Position numbers and translations under genes: made by a program
Part shown: in pieces, positions 31,599-39,866 of the stretch
Position numbering within the stretch: the first letter of the stretch is position 1
How the letters are laid out: every line of letters begins with the position of its first letter
From: an uncultured Chloroflexia bacterium
GTDB lineage: Bacteria; Chloroflexota; UBA6077; JACCZL01
Reading direction: 5' to 3'
Assembly: GCA_963765765.1 (NCBI GenBank)
Contig: CAVXYC010000025.1
Coordinates: 1 to 64,000 of the forward strand
Length of the DNA stretch: 64,000 nt
Notes under the pieces: generated by a model
The model's input: only the letters and a program-made list of their open reading frames with translations
Database searches by the model: none
What the model was told of the DNA's origin: nothing

Positions 31599-32096
31599 CT
31601 ACTGCGGAATACGAAGCGTCTGCCCGGGGAAGATGAGATTCGGGTTCACGATCTGATCGCGGTTTGCCTCAAAGATGATCGGCCACTTACTGGCGTCCGA
31701 ATACCAGCTCTGGGCGAGTGCGGAGAGCGTGTCTCCCGGCTCAACGGTTACCTGGGCGAACCCCACATAGCCCGTGATGAGGTTCGTTCCGAATGTGATC
31801 GGAATCGTGACCTTGTCGACTTCACTGCCATCCTCCGCCGAAAACTCGAAGACTTCGAGCGTGCCCTGGGGAGTTGAGGGCACGCCGGGCAACGTGATGG
31901 CCTCGTGAAAATTCGCCCAGATGCCGGTGCCACCGGCCATGATGCTCACCTGGGTCAGCTCGTTGCCATCGGCATCGCGGATGCGTGCAGCAAATGTTGC
32001 CTCGAATCCAGTACCGACGCCACTGACTTGAACGGGGTTGTCGACGATATCAAACGGTTGCGGCTGGCGAATTGCTCGTGGCGGGAAGCTTGGCAC
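31599..32096 (-). CDS. Gmad2-type immunoglobulin-like domain plus C-terminal LysM protein
   Basis: GTG start with GGAGGT RBS. VQVSGVGTGFEAT...GTLEVFEFSAEDGS (Gmad2-like) and VEPGDTLSALA...IFEANRDQIVNPNLIFPGQTLRIP (LysM). Confidence 0.85.
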   Translation of the reverse strand: MPSFPPRAIRQPQPFDIVDNPVQVSGVGTGFEATFAARIRDADGNELTQVSIMAGGTGIWANFHEAITLPGVPSTPQGTLEVFEFSAEDGSEVDKVTIPITFGTNLITGYVGFAQVTVEPGDTLSALAQSWYSDASKWPIIFEANRDQIVNPNLIFPGQTLRIPQ

Positions 32097-32218
32097 AATG
32101 ACCTCCGGTGGACGCGCGATGCGCCTACATATGCAGTGGGATGTGCTGCGCTTCTTCCCGTGCATCGTACGCCAACACCCGGGCGTCGGAAATCGGCCAG
32201 TTGGCTGATTCGCGAGAT

Positions 32219-32524
32219 CTAATGAGATGCTTCGACCTGGAAGTCGCCCGCGTCGGGATGTGGTTCGCACATGGCGCCGTCGGGGATCCGCTTGGCGCGG
32301 CAGTGGAGAATATCGCCGGGCGCCGCTGAGCCGAGAAGGTCGCGTCGCACGCTGAATCCCATCGTCTCGCCCACGTGGGAAGAGAGCAGATCGGCACGAC
32401 CTTCCACCGGCGCAGCGGCGTCGATTCGCACGTTCAGGAGGTCATAGTCGCCCAGCGAGGAGTGAGGCGCGCGCGCCAGGATCTCTCCGTCAATCCGCGT
32501 GAGATTCTCGATAACCTGAACCAT
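32219..32524 (-). CDS. Hypothetical protein (101 aa, beta-rich), co-transcribed with the ATP-grasp genes
   Basis: Starts 10 bp after the ATP-grasp stop, has an RBS-like GAAGG, and has coding-like composition. Confidence 0.7.
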   Translation of the reverse strand: MVQVIENLTRIDGEILARAPHSSLGDYDLLNVRIDAAAPVEGRADLLSSHVGETMGFSVRRDLLGSAAPGDILHCRAKRIPDGAMCEPHPDAGDFQVEASH

Positions 32525-32534
32525 CGTACTGCCT

Positions 32535-33449
32535 TCAGGGCTTCTGCGTGCCGCTCGCGAGGAGCGTGATCAACGCTCGACTGATCGGCAAGCCGGTCTC
32601 CCTCTCAAAGTAAGTATAGGCAGGCATGGGATTGACTTCGAAGCACACCCACTGACCCGAAGGACTGCGACGCAGGTCTATCCCGCAGAACGGGAGTCGC
32701 AGCCGTTGACTGAGCAGCAGGCAACGATCGGACACATCGAGAGTCAAGTCGATGGGCGATAGATCAGCCGCGTTACCGTGATAATGCGCGTATCGGTAAT
32801 CAGTCGCTTCGCTGGTGATAGCGCAGGCAAACACCTGTTTACCGATAACATGAACGCGGACATCTTCGCCCGATACCATCTGCTGGAGCTGGACTGGTAG
32901 ATCTCGCAGCCGATCCAGGCGGGCAGCCTGCAATTCATCGAGCTCCGTGACGATCGATCGAACTCCACTGATCGACTTGAAGATAACCCGCTCGTGATCA
33001 CGCCAGAACGCCCGAGCCTCTTCGGGGCTGCTGGTCACAAGTGTCTCGGGTACATCGAATCCCGCTGCACCAATGAGCTGCGCTTGATACGGCTTGGACC
33101 CGTTAGAGTCCATGTCTGACGGGCGGTTGACCACCAGAGTCGGCGCCAGCTCGAGCCATTCGAGAAACAGCTCATGAAAAGTCTCAGAACGCGCGCGAGC
33201 CAGCGTATTCGCGTGGCTCCGCGGGATATCAAGCGGCCGAGCGTAGATTCCGGAGATCGCGTCGAGCTCAACGCTACGACCATCTATCGTAAGCACGCCC
33301 GTTGCGCCATGGTCCGTGACGCTTACGAGCAGGTCCGCGCGGTCCAGTGCGCATTGATCCAGCCAGATCAGATCCTGCTCCAGTTCGCGAGCGGTTTCAA
33401 TGGCCTTTTGCAGGGGCGGATCGTCGCCGCGGCCGTAGAACAGAATCAA
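32535..33449 (-). CDS. ATP-grasp ligase, RimK/graspetide-synthetase (MvdC/MvdD-like) type
   Basis: VVNRP..SNGSKPYQ, VPETLVT, VIFKSISG, QLQQMVSGEDVRVHVIG, DYRY, FCGIDL, CFEVNPMP. Likely TTG start at 33449 with GAGGTG RBS. The track's extension to 33641 crosses a REP pair. Confidence 0.88.
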   Translation of the reverse strand: MILFYGRGDDPPLQKAIETARELEQDLIWLDQCALDRADLLVSVTDHGATGVLTIDGRSVELDAISGIYARPLDIPRSHANTLARARSETFHELFLEWLELAPTLVVNRPSDMDSNGSKPYQAQLIGAAGFDVPETLVTSSPEEARAFWRDHERVIFKSISGVRSIVTELDELQAARLDRLRDLPVQLQQMVSGEDVRVHVIGKQVFACAITSEATDYRYAHYHGNAADLSPIDLTLDVSDRCLLLSQRLRLPFCGIDLRRSPSGQWVCFEVNPMPAYTYFERETGLPISRALITLLASGTQKP

Positions 33450-33486
33450 GAGCCGGGCACCTCGGAGGGGTGCCAGCCAGGTGTAT

Positions 33487-33635
33487 GTAGTGATCGCTTC
33501 AGCGCTTTTTGGGCGATAACGAGAAGCGAGCGTGGCGATGCGACGGGCGACATCAGAAGCTGCCCGGTAGCAGCGAGCGGTCGCGGGGCGCATGCCCGTC
33601 TGCAATCTCGGAAAAAGTGCTGAAGCGCCCACTAC
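33487..33635. repeat. REPIN-like element (two inverted GTAG-type REP units)
   Basis: GTAGTGatCGCTTCAGCgCTTTTT ... AAAAAGtGCTGAAGCGccCACTAC. Confidence 0.7.
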
Positions 33636-33640
33636 GAGCA

Positions 33641-34525
33641 TCAGGGCGTCCGCATCTGAGCCGTGCGTGGGGAGGATGGCAATGGAACAGGCGTCTCTTT
33701 AACTGGCACGTGGACGCCGATCCCATTCCAGCCAGCGAGCAAATTCACCACTGCATCCACTGCCCAACTCTCCAGAAGCGGCGGCATCGCATCCACTGCA
33801 CGCACAACGAGACCCGCACTGGATTCGATGAATCGGATTTCGAGCAGGCGGCAGTCCGCCAGACGCGCTAGCGCCAGGCACGGGCCTTCGTAGCGGCCGG
33901 TGAGCGGCCCAACGGCGTGATCACCCGCGATCAGCACACTGCCTGCGCTACGACAGGACTCGTCGACTTGAAGCGCCGCGGGCGCGGGGCCCCGTACGCC
34001 GCCCGGCCATTGAAAACCATCGATGCGCTCGCCGCGTTCTGGTAATGAAAGCATGCGACCGGCGGTTGCGCGTGCGTTATGCGCAACCGGTAAGCCGACG
34101 CTCGCTGCGAGAGATAACCAGCCGCGTTCAGTGAGTGGTCCACGACATTGGCCGCGAGGGCCCGAAGGATTCACTACGCGGGGGCCGAAGCTGAAGAGCC
34201 AGCTCGCTACCAGCGCCTGTAGCTCTGCCCCCGCGTAGTCGCGATCTTTGGCCGTGGCTCGATGGAACCGAGGCACCGGCAAGTACTGCAGTCGATTGAA
34301 GACGCAGCTCACATTTTCCGATGAGACGACGGTTCCGTTAGGCAGCTTGATGTGCGTGCTCGCCTGCCCCGCGGCAGTGACTCGATGGGACCACGCGGCT
34401 AGTCCCAACGATTCGGGTCTGGCGAGAATCACCGACTCGCGGCCACTGTGCTCAGCAAGCCGAGAGGCCACGGCGCTGGCCCCGGCGTCGTGTCCATGGG
34501 CCAGCACCAGAACGGGTCTCGTCAC
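33641..34525 (-). CDS. Degenerate ATP-grasp-like protein (pre-ATP-grasp domain retained)
   Basis: GTG start overlaps the protease TGA (GTGA). VLVLAHGHD, VSCVFNRL, DRDYAGAELQALVASWL, VVNP, LAASVGLPV are retained. The C-terminal ExN is replaced by AVDAMP. Confidence 0.72.
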   Translation of the reverse strand: MTRPVLVLAHGHDAGASAVASRLAEHSGRESVILARPESLGLAAWSHRVTAAGQASTHIKLPNGTVVSSENVSCVFNRLQYLPVPRFHRATAKDRDYAGAELQALVASWLFSFGPRVVNPSGPRGQCRGPLTERGWLSLAASVGLPVAHNARATAGRMLSLPERGERIDGFQWPGGVRGPAPAALQVDESCRSAGSVLIAGDHAVGPLTGRYEGPCLALARLADCRLLEIRFIESSAGLVVRAVDAMPPLLESWAVDAVVNLLAGWNGIGVHVPVKETPVPLPSSPRTAQMRTP

Positions 34526-36484
34526 GAGCTCGGCGGGGTATCGTACTGACGCTTCGCGTCGCGATCGCCGGTCGGCGATGCGTTCCTGGATCGATTGATC
34601 GCCTCCGTCATAGTCGGGACCACCGGCCAGGTCGGGACGAAGACTGCTATCGATAAACGGCACTCCTGGGGCTCCCAGCCCTAACGCCTCTTCGAGGACT
34701 CGCACGCGCTCCTCGAGCGTGGCAAGTGGATCGGCTCCGCTGCCGTAGCCTGGATCCTGAAATTCACCAGGTCCGGGTTGATCGCTGGACCAGAAGAATC
34801 GCGGCCACTCGCGCGAGTCCTTCCGATCCTTGCTTTCCTTCCAGGGCTCCTTGGAGTCCTTGATGTTGTCTTTCCGATCTTTGGAATCCTTCGTATCTTT
34901 TGTGGCTTCTTTGCGGCTGTCCTTTTGATCCTTGGAATCCTTGGAGTCTTTGCTAGCCTCCTTGCGGCTGTCCTTTTGATCCTTGAGATCCTTCGCTTCT
35001 TTGTTGGGCTCCTTGGTGGCGTCTTTCTGATCCTTGGTGTCTTTGGCCACGGCCTTAGTGGTCACATTGACAGTGGCGGTCATCGTGGCGCCCGACGCGG
35101 AGATGTCAGTGACAGACACATTCGTGACTGCGCCAGCGTAGGAATTGGAGCTCGGTGTAGACGCGCCGGTGAGCGCGGTGACATTAGCGCTTCCCGGGAA
35201 TGGATCGCCTGCGTCGCCGCGATTGCGATCCAGCTCCAGATCGCGCTTTCCATCTGCCTGGACGAGCCCCACCTGGTAATGGTTCTCGTCAGTGTTGCCG
35301 GGCTGGTTTTCATCGATGTGCCAGATCAGCAGGCCGGCGGCTGGAAGCTGGGCGTCGTAGCCGGTTTTCTGACGATTCTCCATGAGGAAATACTCAGAGC
35401 CCGACCCGCCGTTGGTCCACAGTCGGTGCACGGCGTGGCTGTTTTTGACATCCGGGATGCTGATGATCCCATTCGAGGTCACATTTGACACGGTGGCCCA
35501 ACCCTGGTTCACCTTGCACCAGGCTGAAGGGTGCGCAGGAACGTCACCACCGCCATTCCAGGAGCCGCCGCCCATGAGGCACCAGTTTCCGACACCCTCC
35601 GAGGTGTAGTCAGTGTCGTAGAGGTCGGGGAAGCCGAACAGCAGATGACCCAGCTCATGCGCGCAGACGCCGATGCGCGAGTCTTCCGGCACAGTGAGAT
35701 AGGCGAAGATCTTCGTGCCATCCGCGTTGAACGAGCTGGGAAGCGTCCATTTATGCGACCAGATGTCGCCGGAGTTGCCGGTCTGCTCGCCGCCGCTCCC
35801 AGAATGGATCACGATGAAGGCATCAACGTACCCGTTGCCGTCGTTGTCGTACGGACCGAAGTTCACATCGGGGTTGGCTGCCACCGCGGCATCCTTGGCC
35901 ATGATATTCGCGCGCGGCGCGCCCGTGGGCTTGCCGATGCCGAAGTTGTTGTTGGCGTACCAGGCCAGCGTTTGAGGCAGTCGATACGGTCCCTTGACCT
36001 CCCCAACAATGTCCACCAGACCGCCAGTGACCTCTGCGAAGTACTCTTTCACGCTCCCGTGCGGTAACACGCCGTTAGAGAAGAAGAGATCGTTGAAATG
36101 CGCCGCGGTCTCTGTCATCGGTTTGTCCGAGTACTCGGCCAGTACCACGATGACACGCACCGCGCCGCGGAGCGGCGCGCGATCTAGAGCGGCGCGTCTG
36201 ATGACATTCTGGCTGGTGCCCGCGGGATACTCGTCTGGCGGGATGATCACTCCGTCATTAAAGCCCGGCCAACGGGGCTGGCGAGCCAGACCAAACGCCT
36301 GAGCCGATGCCGAGCGCGATCGCGCCCGCTCGAGCTGCGTTTTCATCTGCTGCTTCAGCTCCGGACTCGGAGCGACAGCGCAGAAGTCCGACCAAACCGC
36401 GATGGCCGGTCGGCCAGCTGAGCAGTGTTCTTCCGATGGATGTGAATTGCTCGCCACAGTGATCTCCCCCGATGTCTCTGGCAC
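34522..36484 (-). CDS. M6 family (immune inhibitor A-like) metalloprotease with a C-terminal K-[D/E]-x repeat tail (1-nt frameshift near 34570)
   Basis: GSVKEYFAEVT, YDNDGNGYVD, IWSHKW, zinc motif HELGHLLFGFPDLYD, WCLMGGGSW, EYFLMENRQ, GLLIWHIDE. Confidence 0.9.
34808..35044 (-). repeat. Coding repeat: 23 K-[D/E] units at roughly 3-residue periodicity
   Basis: KDTKDQKDATKEPNKEAKDLKDQKDSRKEASKDSKDSKDQKDSRKEATKDTKDSKDRKDNIKDSKEPWKESKDRKDSRE. Confidence 0.95.
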
Positions 36485-36598
36485 GCGTCTCTGCGGGTCT
36501 ATCTCTTTTGTGGTCCGGAAAGGTTCATCCCGTGCATGCTACGCTGATGTTATTGCTGTGAAATCAGCCATTTGGGGGAGAATCCGCGGTGAATCTGA

Positions 36599-37096
36599 AT
36601 GAATCGCCCACAACGCATTGAGCCCGGTCCAGGGCAGGAATCCGTCTGGGATTACCCGCGTCCCCCGCGCGTGGAGCCGTCGGCGCGCCGAGTACGCATC
36701 GTCTTCAACGGTCGCGTCATCGTGGATTCGGTACGGGCGCTTCGAGTGCTAGAGACCAGCGGCCCACCCGTCTATTACGTACCGCTGGAGGACGTGGCAA
36801 TGGATCTGCTCGCGCCGTCAGGCCACCAAACCTTTTGCGAATGGAAGGGGCTGGCGGAACACTACTCGCTCCGAGTAAACGGGCGCGAAGCCGTCGATGC
36901 CGCCTGGAGCTACGCATCTCCAACGCGCGGATACGAGCAGATTGGTGGGTATCTCGCCTTCTATCCAGGCCGAGTGGATGAATGCGCACTGGACGGCGAG
37001 CCGGTGGTACCACAGCCTGGCAGCTACTACGGCGGCTGGATAACCCACGACATCGTCGGTCCGTTCAAAGGCGAGCCCGGTAGCGAGCGCTGGTAG
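36599..37096 (+). CDS. DUF427 domain protein
   Basis: QESVWDYPRPPR, RVLETSGPPVYY, TFCEWKG, AAWSY, YGGWIT. Confidence 0.92.
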   Translation: MNRPQRIEPGPGQESVWDYPRPPRVEPSARRVRIVFNGRVIVDSVRALRVLETSGPPVYYVPLEDVAMDLLAPSGHQTFCEWKGLAEHYSLRVNGREAVDAAWSYASPTRGYEQIGGYLAFYPGRVDECALDGEPVVPQPGSYYGGWITHDIVGPFKGEPGSERW

Positions 37097-37097
37097 T

Positions 37098-38186
37098 GTG
37101 AAGCACCCTGCGTCGTATCATGCCGAGCATCCTCGAACTGGAGCAGGCCCGATGCACCGCTTCCGCTGTCAACCATTGAAGTTCGGACACGCAGCGCTTG
37201 GAGCGTTCATGTTGCTCATCGCATCGGTGGCGCCCACCTGGGCACAAGCCGAGGGCGGCCTGCCTGAGGTAAATGGATGGCGTGTTCTGGCACCCCTTCT
37301 TGCGCCAGTCTCCGAGCAGGCGGTTGTAGAGCTGGATGGCCGTATCTACGTCATTGGCGGGTATCCACCGGGCCGTGTTCCCGTGTCAAACGTCCAGATC
37401 TATGATTCGACCACAAATAGATGGCAGATGGGCCCGGCACTGCCAGTAGCAATGCACCACGCGATGGCGGCTGCTGCGGGCGGCCGCGTGTATGTCATTG
37501 GCGGGGAGTTTGAGGGCGCTGGCACCGGCCGGCCTGAGGTATACCTCGATACGGTCTATTCGCTCGACCCACAAGTAGGCGCGTGGGAGACGCATGCGCC
37601 CATGCCAACCGGCCGTAGCGCCGGAGGGGCCGCTGCGGTCGATGGAAAGATCTATGTCGCCGGTGGTCGTCCGCCTCGCGGTAACGATTTCGCGGTGTAC
37701 GACACGGCGACAGATACCTGGCAGGTGCTTCCCGATCTGCCGACGCAACGGAATCACCTGGCTGTGGGTGCCATGGATGGCAAGATCTACGTGGCTGGAG
37801 GCCGCTTCGGCGGCGGTTTCGGCAGCGAGCGCACGGCCACGCTGGAGATCTTCGATCCGTCCACGGCGGCCTGGATTAGCGGACCTTCCCTGCCAGGTCC
37901 ACGCGGCGGCGTGGCTGGCGTGGTGGCCAATGGCTGCCTCTTCGTCATAGGTGGCGAGGGTAATTACGCCGACCCACGCGGCTTGAACGACGAGAACGAG
38001 GCCTTCGACCCGAGAACGGGTGCCTGGATTGCGTTTGCGCCGATGCCCACGCCAACGCATGGTCTGGTGGGCGCTGCTTTCATCGGCGGCGATATTCACA
38101 TTCCCGGTGGCTCCGTCACTATTGGCGGCGGCACCGGCTCGGTGATCCACCAGGTCTACCGACCCTCGGGAGCCTGTGGGGCCTGA
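37098..38186 (+). CDS. Secreted Kelch-repeat beta-propeller protein
   Basis: Signal peptide (ending TWA-QA) and six GG-containing Kelch repeats (IYVIGG, VYVIGG, IYVAGG x2, LFVIGG, IHIPGG). Confidence 0.9.
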   Translation: MKHPASYHAEHPRTGAGPMHRFRCQPLKFGHAALGAFMLLIASVAPTWAQAEGGLPEVNGWRVLAPLLAPVSEQAVVELDGRIYVIGGYPPGRVPVSNVQIYDSTTNRWQMGPALPVAMHHAMAAAAGGRVYVIGGEFEGAGTGRPEVYLDTVYSLDPQVGAWETHAPMPTGRSAGGAAAVDGKIYVAGGRPPRGNDFAVYDTATDTWQVLPDLPTQRNHLAVGAMDGKIYVAGGRFGGGFGSERTATLEIFDPSTAAWISGPSLPGPRGGVAGVVANGCLFVIGGEGNYADPRGLNDENEAFDPRTGAWIAFAPMPTPTHGLVGAAFIGGDIHIPGGSVTIGGGTGSVIHQVYRPSGACGA

Positions 38187-38263
38187 CGCTCCGCCGCCCT
38201 TCCAAACATGGAATGTCGAATCCGGCACAATGCAGTGATCTGCGCTGCGAGGGATCCCCACCT

Positions 38264-39172
38264 ATGCCAACTATTGCTCTAGGAATTCCTGTCGGTTCGC
38301 CTGACGTTCGACCGGACACACCCATTGCGTTCGGCAAACGGGCCGACGAGGTGGGTGCGCACTCGGTCTGGATGATCGACCACATTCCGTTTCCAAGCCA
38401 TGAGGCGCTCATCGCGCTGGCGGGCATAGCAGGGGCCACTACAAACGTCCGTCTGGGTATGAGCGTGCTCGTGGGGGCGTTGCGACCGCCACTTCTCCTG
38501 GCCAAAATGCTCTCCACTCTGGACAACATCTCAAACGGGCGTGTGATCGCTGGCCTGGGGCTGGGTGGCCGCAAGGACGACTTCGACGCTGTGAGCGTGC
38601 CGTACAAACAGCGCGGCGCCCGACTTGCCGAGGTGATGAAGCTGCTGCGGATGAGCTGGACAGGCGAGCCGGTCAAGTACGACGGTGAATTCTGGCAGTA
38701 CGACGTTCCGCCGATCGGACCAACGCCCATCCAGCAGCCGCTGCCTATTTACCTGGGCGGTAGCGCGGATGCCGCCCTCAAGCGAATCGCCGAATCCGCG
38801 GATGGATACGTGGCCAGCAGCGGCGCGGGGCTACCCGGCTTCACGCGTCGCATTCAGAAGATCCGCGACTACGCTGAAGAGATCGGCCGCGACCCGCGTG
38901 AGATCAAGATCATTGGCGTTGTCTACGGCTGCGTAGACCCAAGCCGCGAGCGTGCCTACGAGCTCGCTGCCACTTACGCCCAACACTACTACGGTCCCGG
39001 CATTCGCGACCTGGACAACAACTATTTCCTCGGTGATGCCTCCGAGGGTGAGCGTTTTGTGGAGGCGTATGTCAACGCTGGCGCGGACATCGTCTGCCTC
39101 AGCAACGTCACCGCGGATCCGCGTAACCTGGACTATCTGTCAGAGCAGCTCTTGCCCCGCGTGATGGACTGA
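38264..39172 (+). CDS. LLM class flavin-dependent oxidoreductase
   Basis: VWMIDH, TTNVRLG, LAKMLSTLDNISNGRVIAGLG, PIYLGG. Start chosen at MPTIALG. Confidence 0.9.
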   Translation: MPTIALGIPVGSPDVRPDTPIAFGKRADEVGAHSVWMIDHIPFPSHEALIALAGIAGATTNVRLGMSVLVGALRPPLLLAKMLSTLDNISNGRVIAGLGLGGRKDDFDAVSVPYKQRGARLAEVMKLLRMSWTGEPVKYDGEFWQYDVPPIGPTPIQQPLPIYLGGSADAALKRIAESADGYVASSGAGLPGFTRRIQKIRDYAEEIGRDPREIKIIGVVYGCVDPSRERAYELAATYAQHYYGPGIRDLDNNYFLGDASEGERFVEAYVNAGADIVCLSNVTADPRNLDYLSEQLLPRVMD

Positions 39173-39206
39173 ACCGGGCGCTGCGCGCCCGGCGGTAGTT
39201 CTTTGC

Positions 39207-39774
39207 TCAGTCGGGCCGCGCCAGTCCGGCCGCCACCGCCCGCTCCCTGATCTCCGGGCTCAGCGGACGCGGCTTTGCCTCAGGACCTGGAACGGGGCGC
39301 TCCTTCACCGCGGGCACTGGATTGGGGTCGGCGTAGGCCACCTCGTTGTCCGGGTCCACCAGCCAGACTGACGGCCTCCAGTGAGATGCCATTCGGATCA
39401 TTGAAGTAGATCGAGTGGATGAATTGATGATCCACGATGCGCGTGACTTCAACACCAGCCGCGGACAGACGGTCACGGAGGTCCAACAGCTCCTCGTAGC
39501 TGGCCACATTGAACGACAGGTGGTCGAACTGCCGGCCGCTGGCCGGCTTCCCGGCGGGCTTCTCCGGCACCCCCGGCTCAACTCCTGACCACTCAAAGAA
39601 CGCGATTGTATTACACGGGCCGATGGAGAAGAAGTAGTGGCGGAATTTCTCTTGACCAATGGTGGCCACCAGCTTGCATCCCAGTACGTCGCGGTAGAAC
39701 CTGGTTGTGGCATCCATGTCGCCCGTAACCAGGGCCAGGTGATTGATCCCACTAAAGGGGCTAATGCGAGACAT
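39207..39774 (-). CDS. VOC/glyoxalase family protein (frameshift near 39370)
   Basis: GINHLALVTGDMDATTRFYRDVLG, FDHLSF, SIYFNDPNGISLE. Confidence 0.9.
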
Positions 39775-39866
39775 CGCTCCGCGCCTTTCCATGTTGTAAG
39801 TCGGCTATCCAGTCACAGCGTCGCGAGAGGCACCCCGGGCGGGGTTCGGCTCGCGACACCTATGAA

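Noticed and set aside
33450-33641. Small precursor peptide or N-terminal extension between the ATP-grasp genes
   Set aside because: The region is occupied by an inverted REP pair. Its translation has no K/D/T core pattern, and a better RBS plus TTG start lies at 33449.
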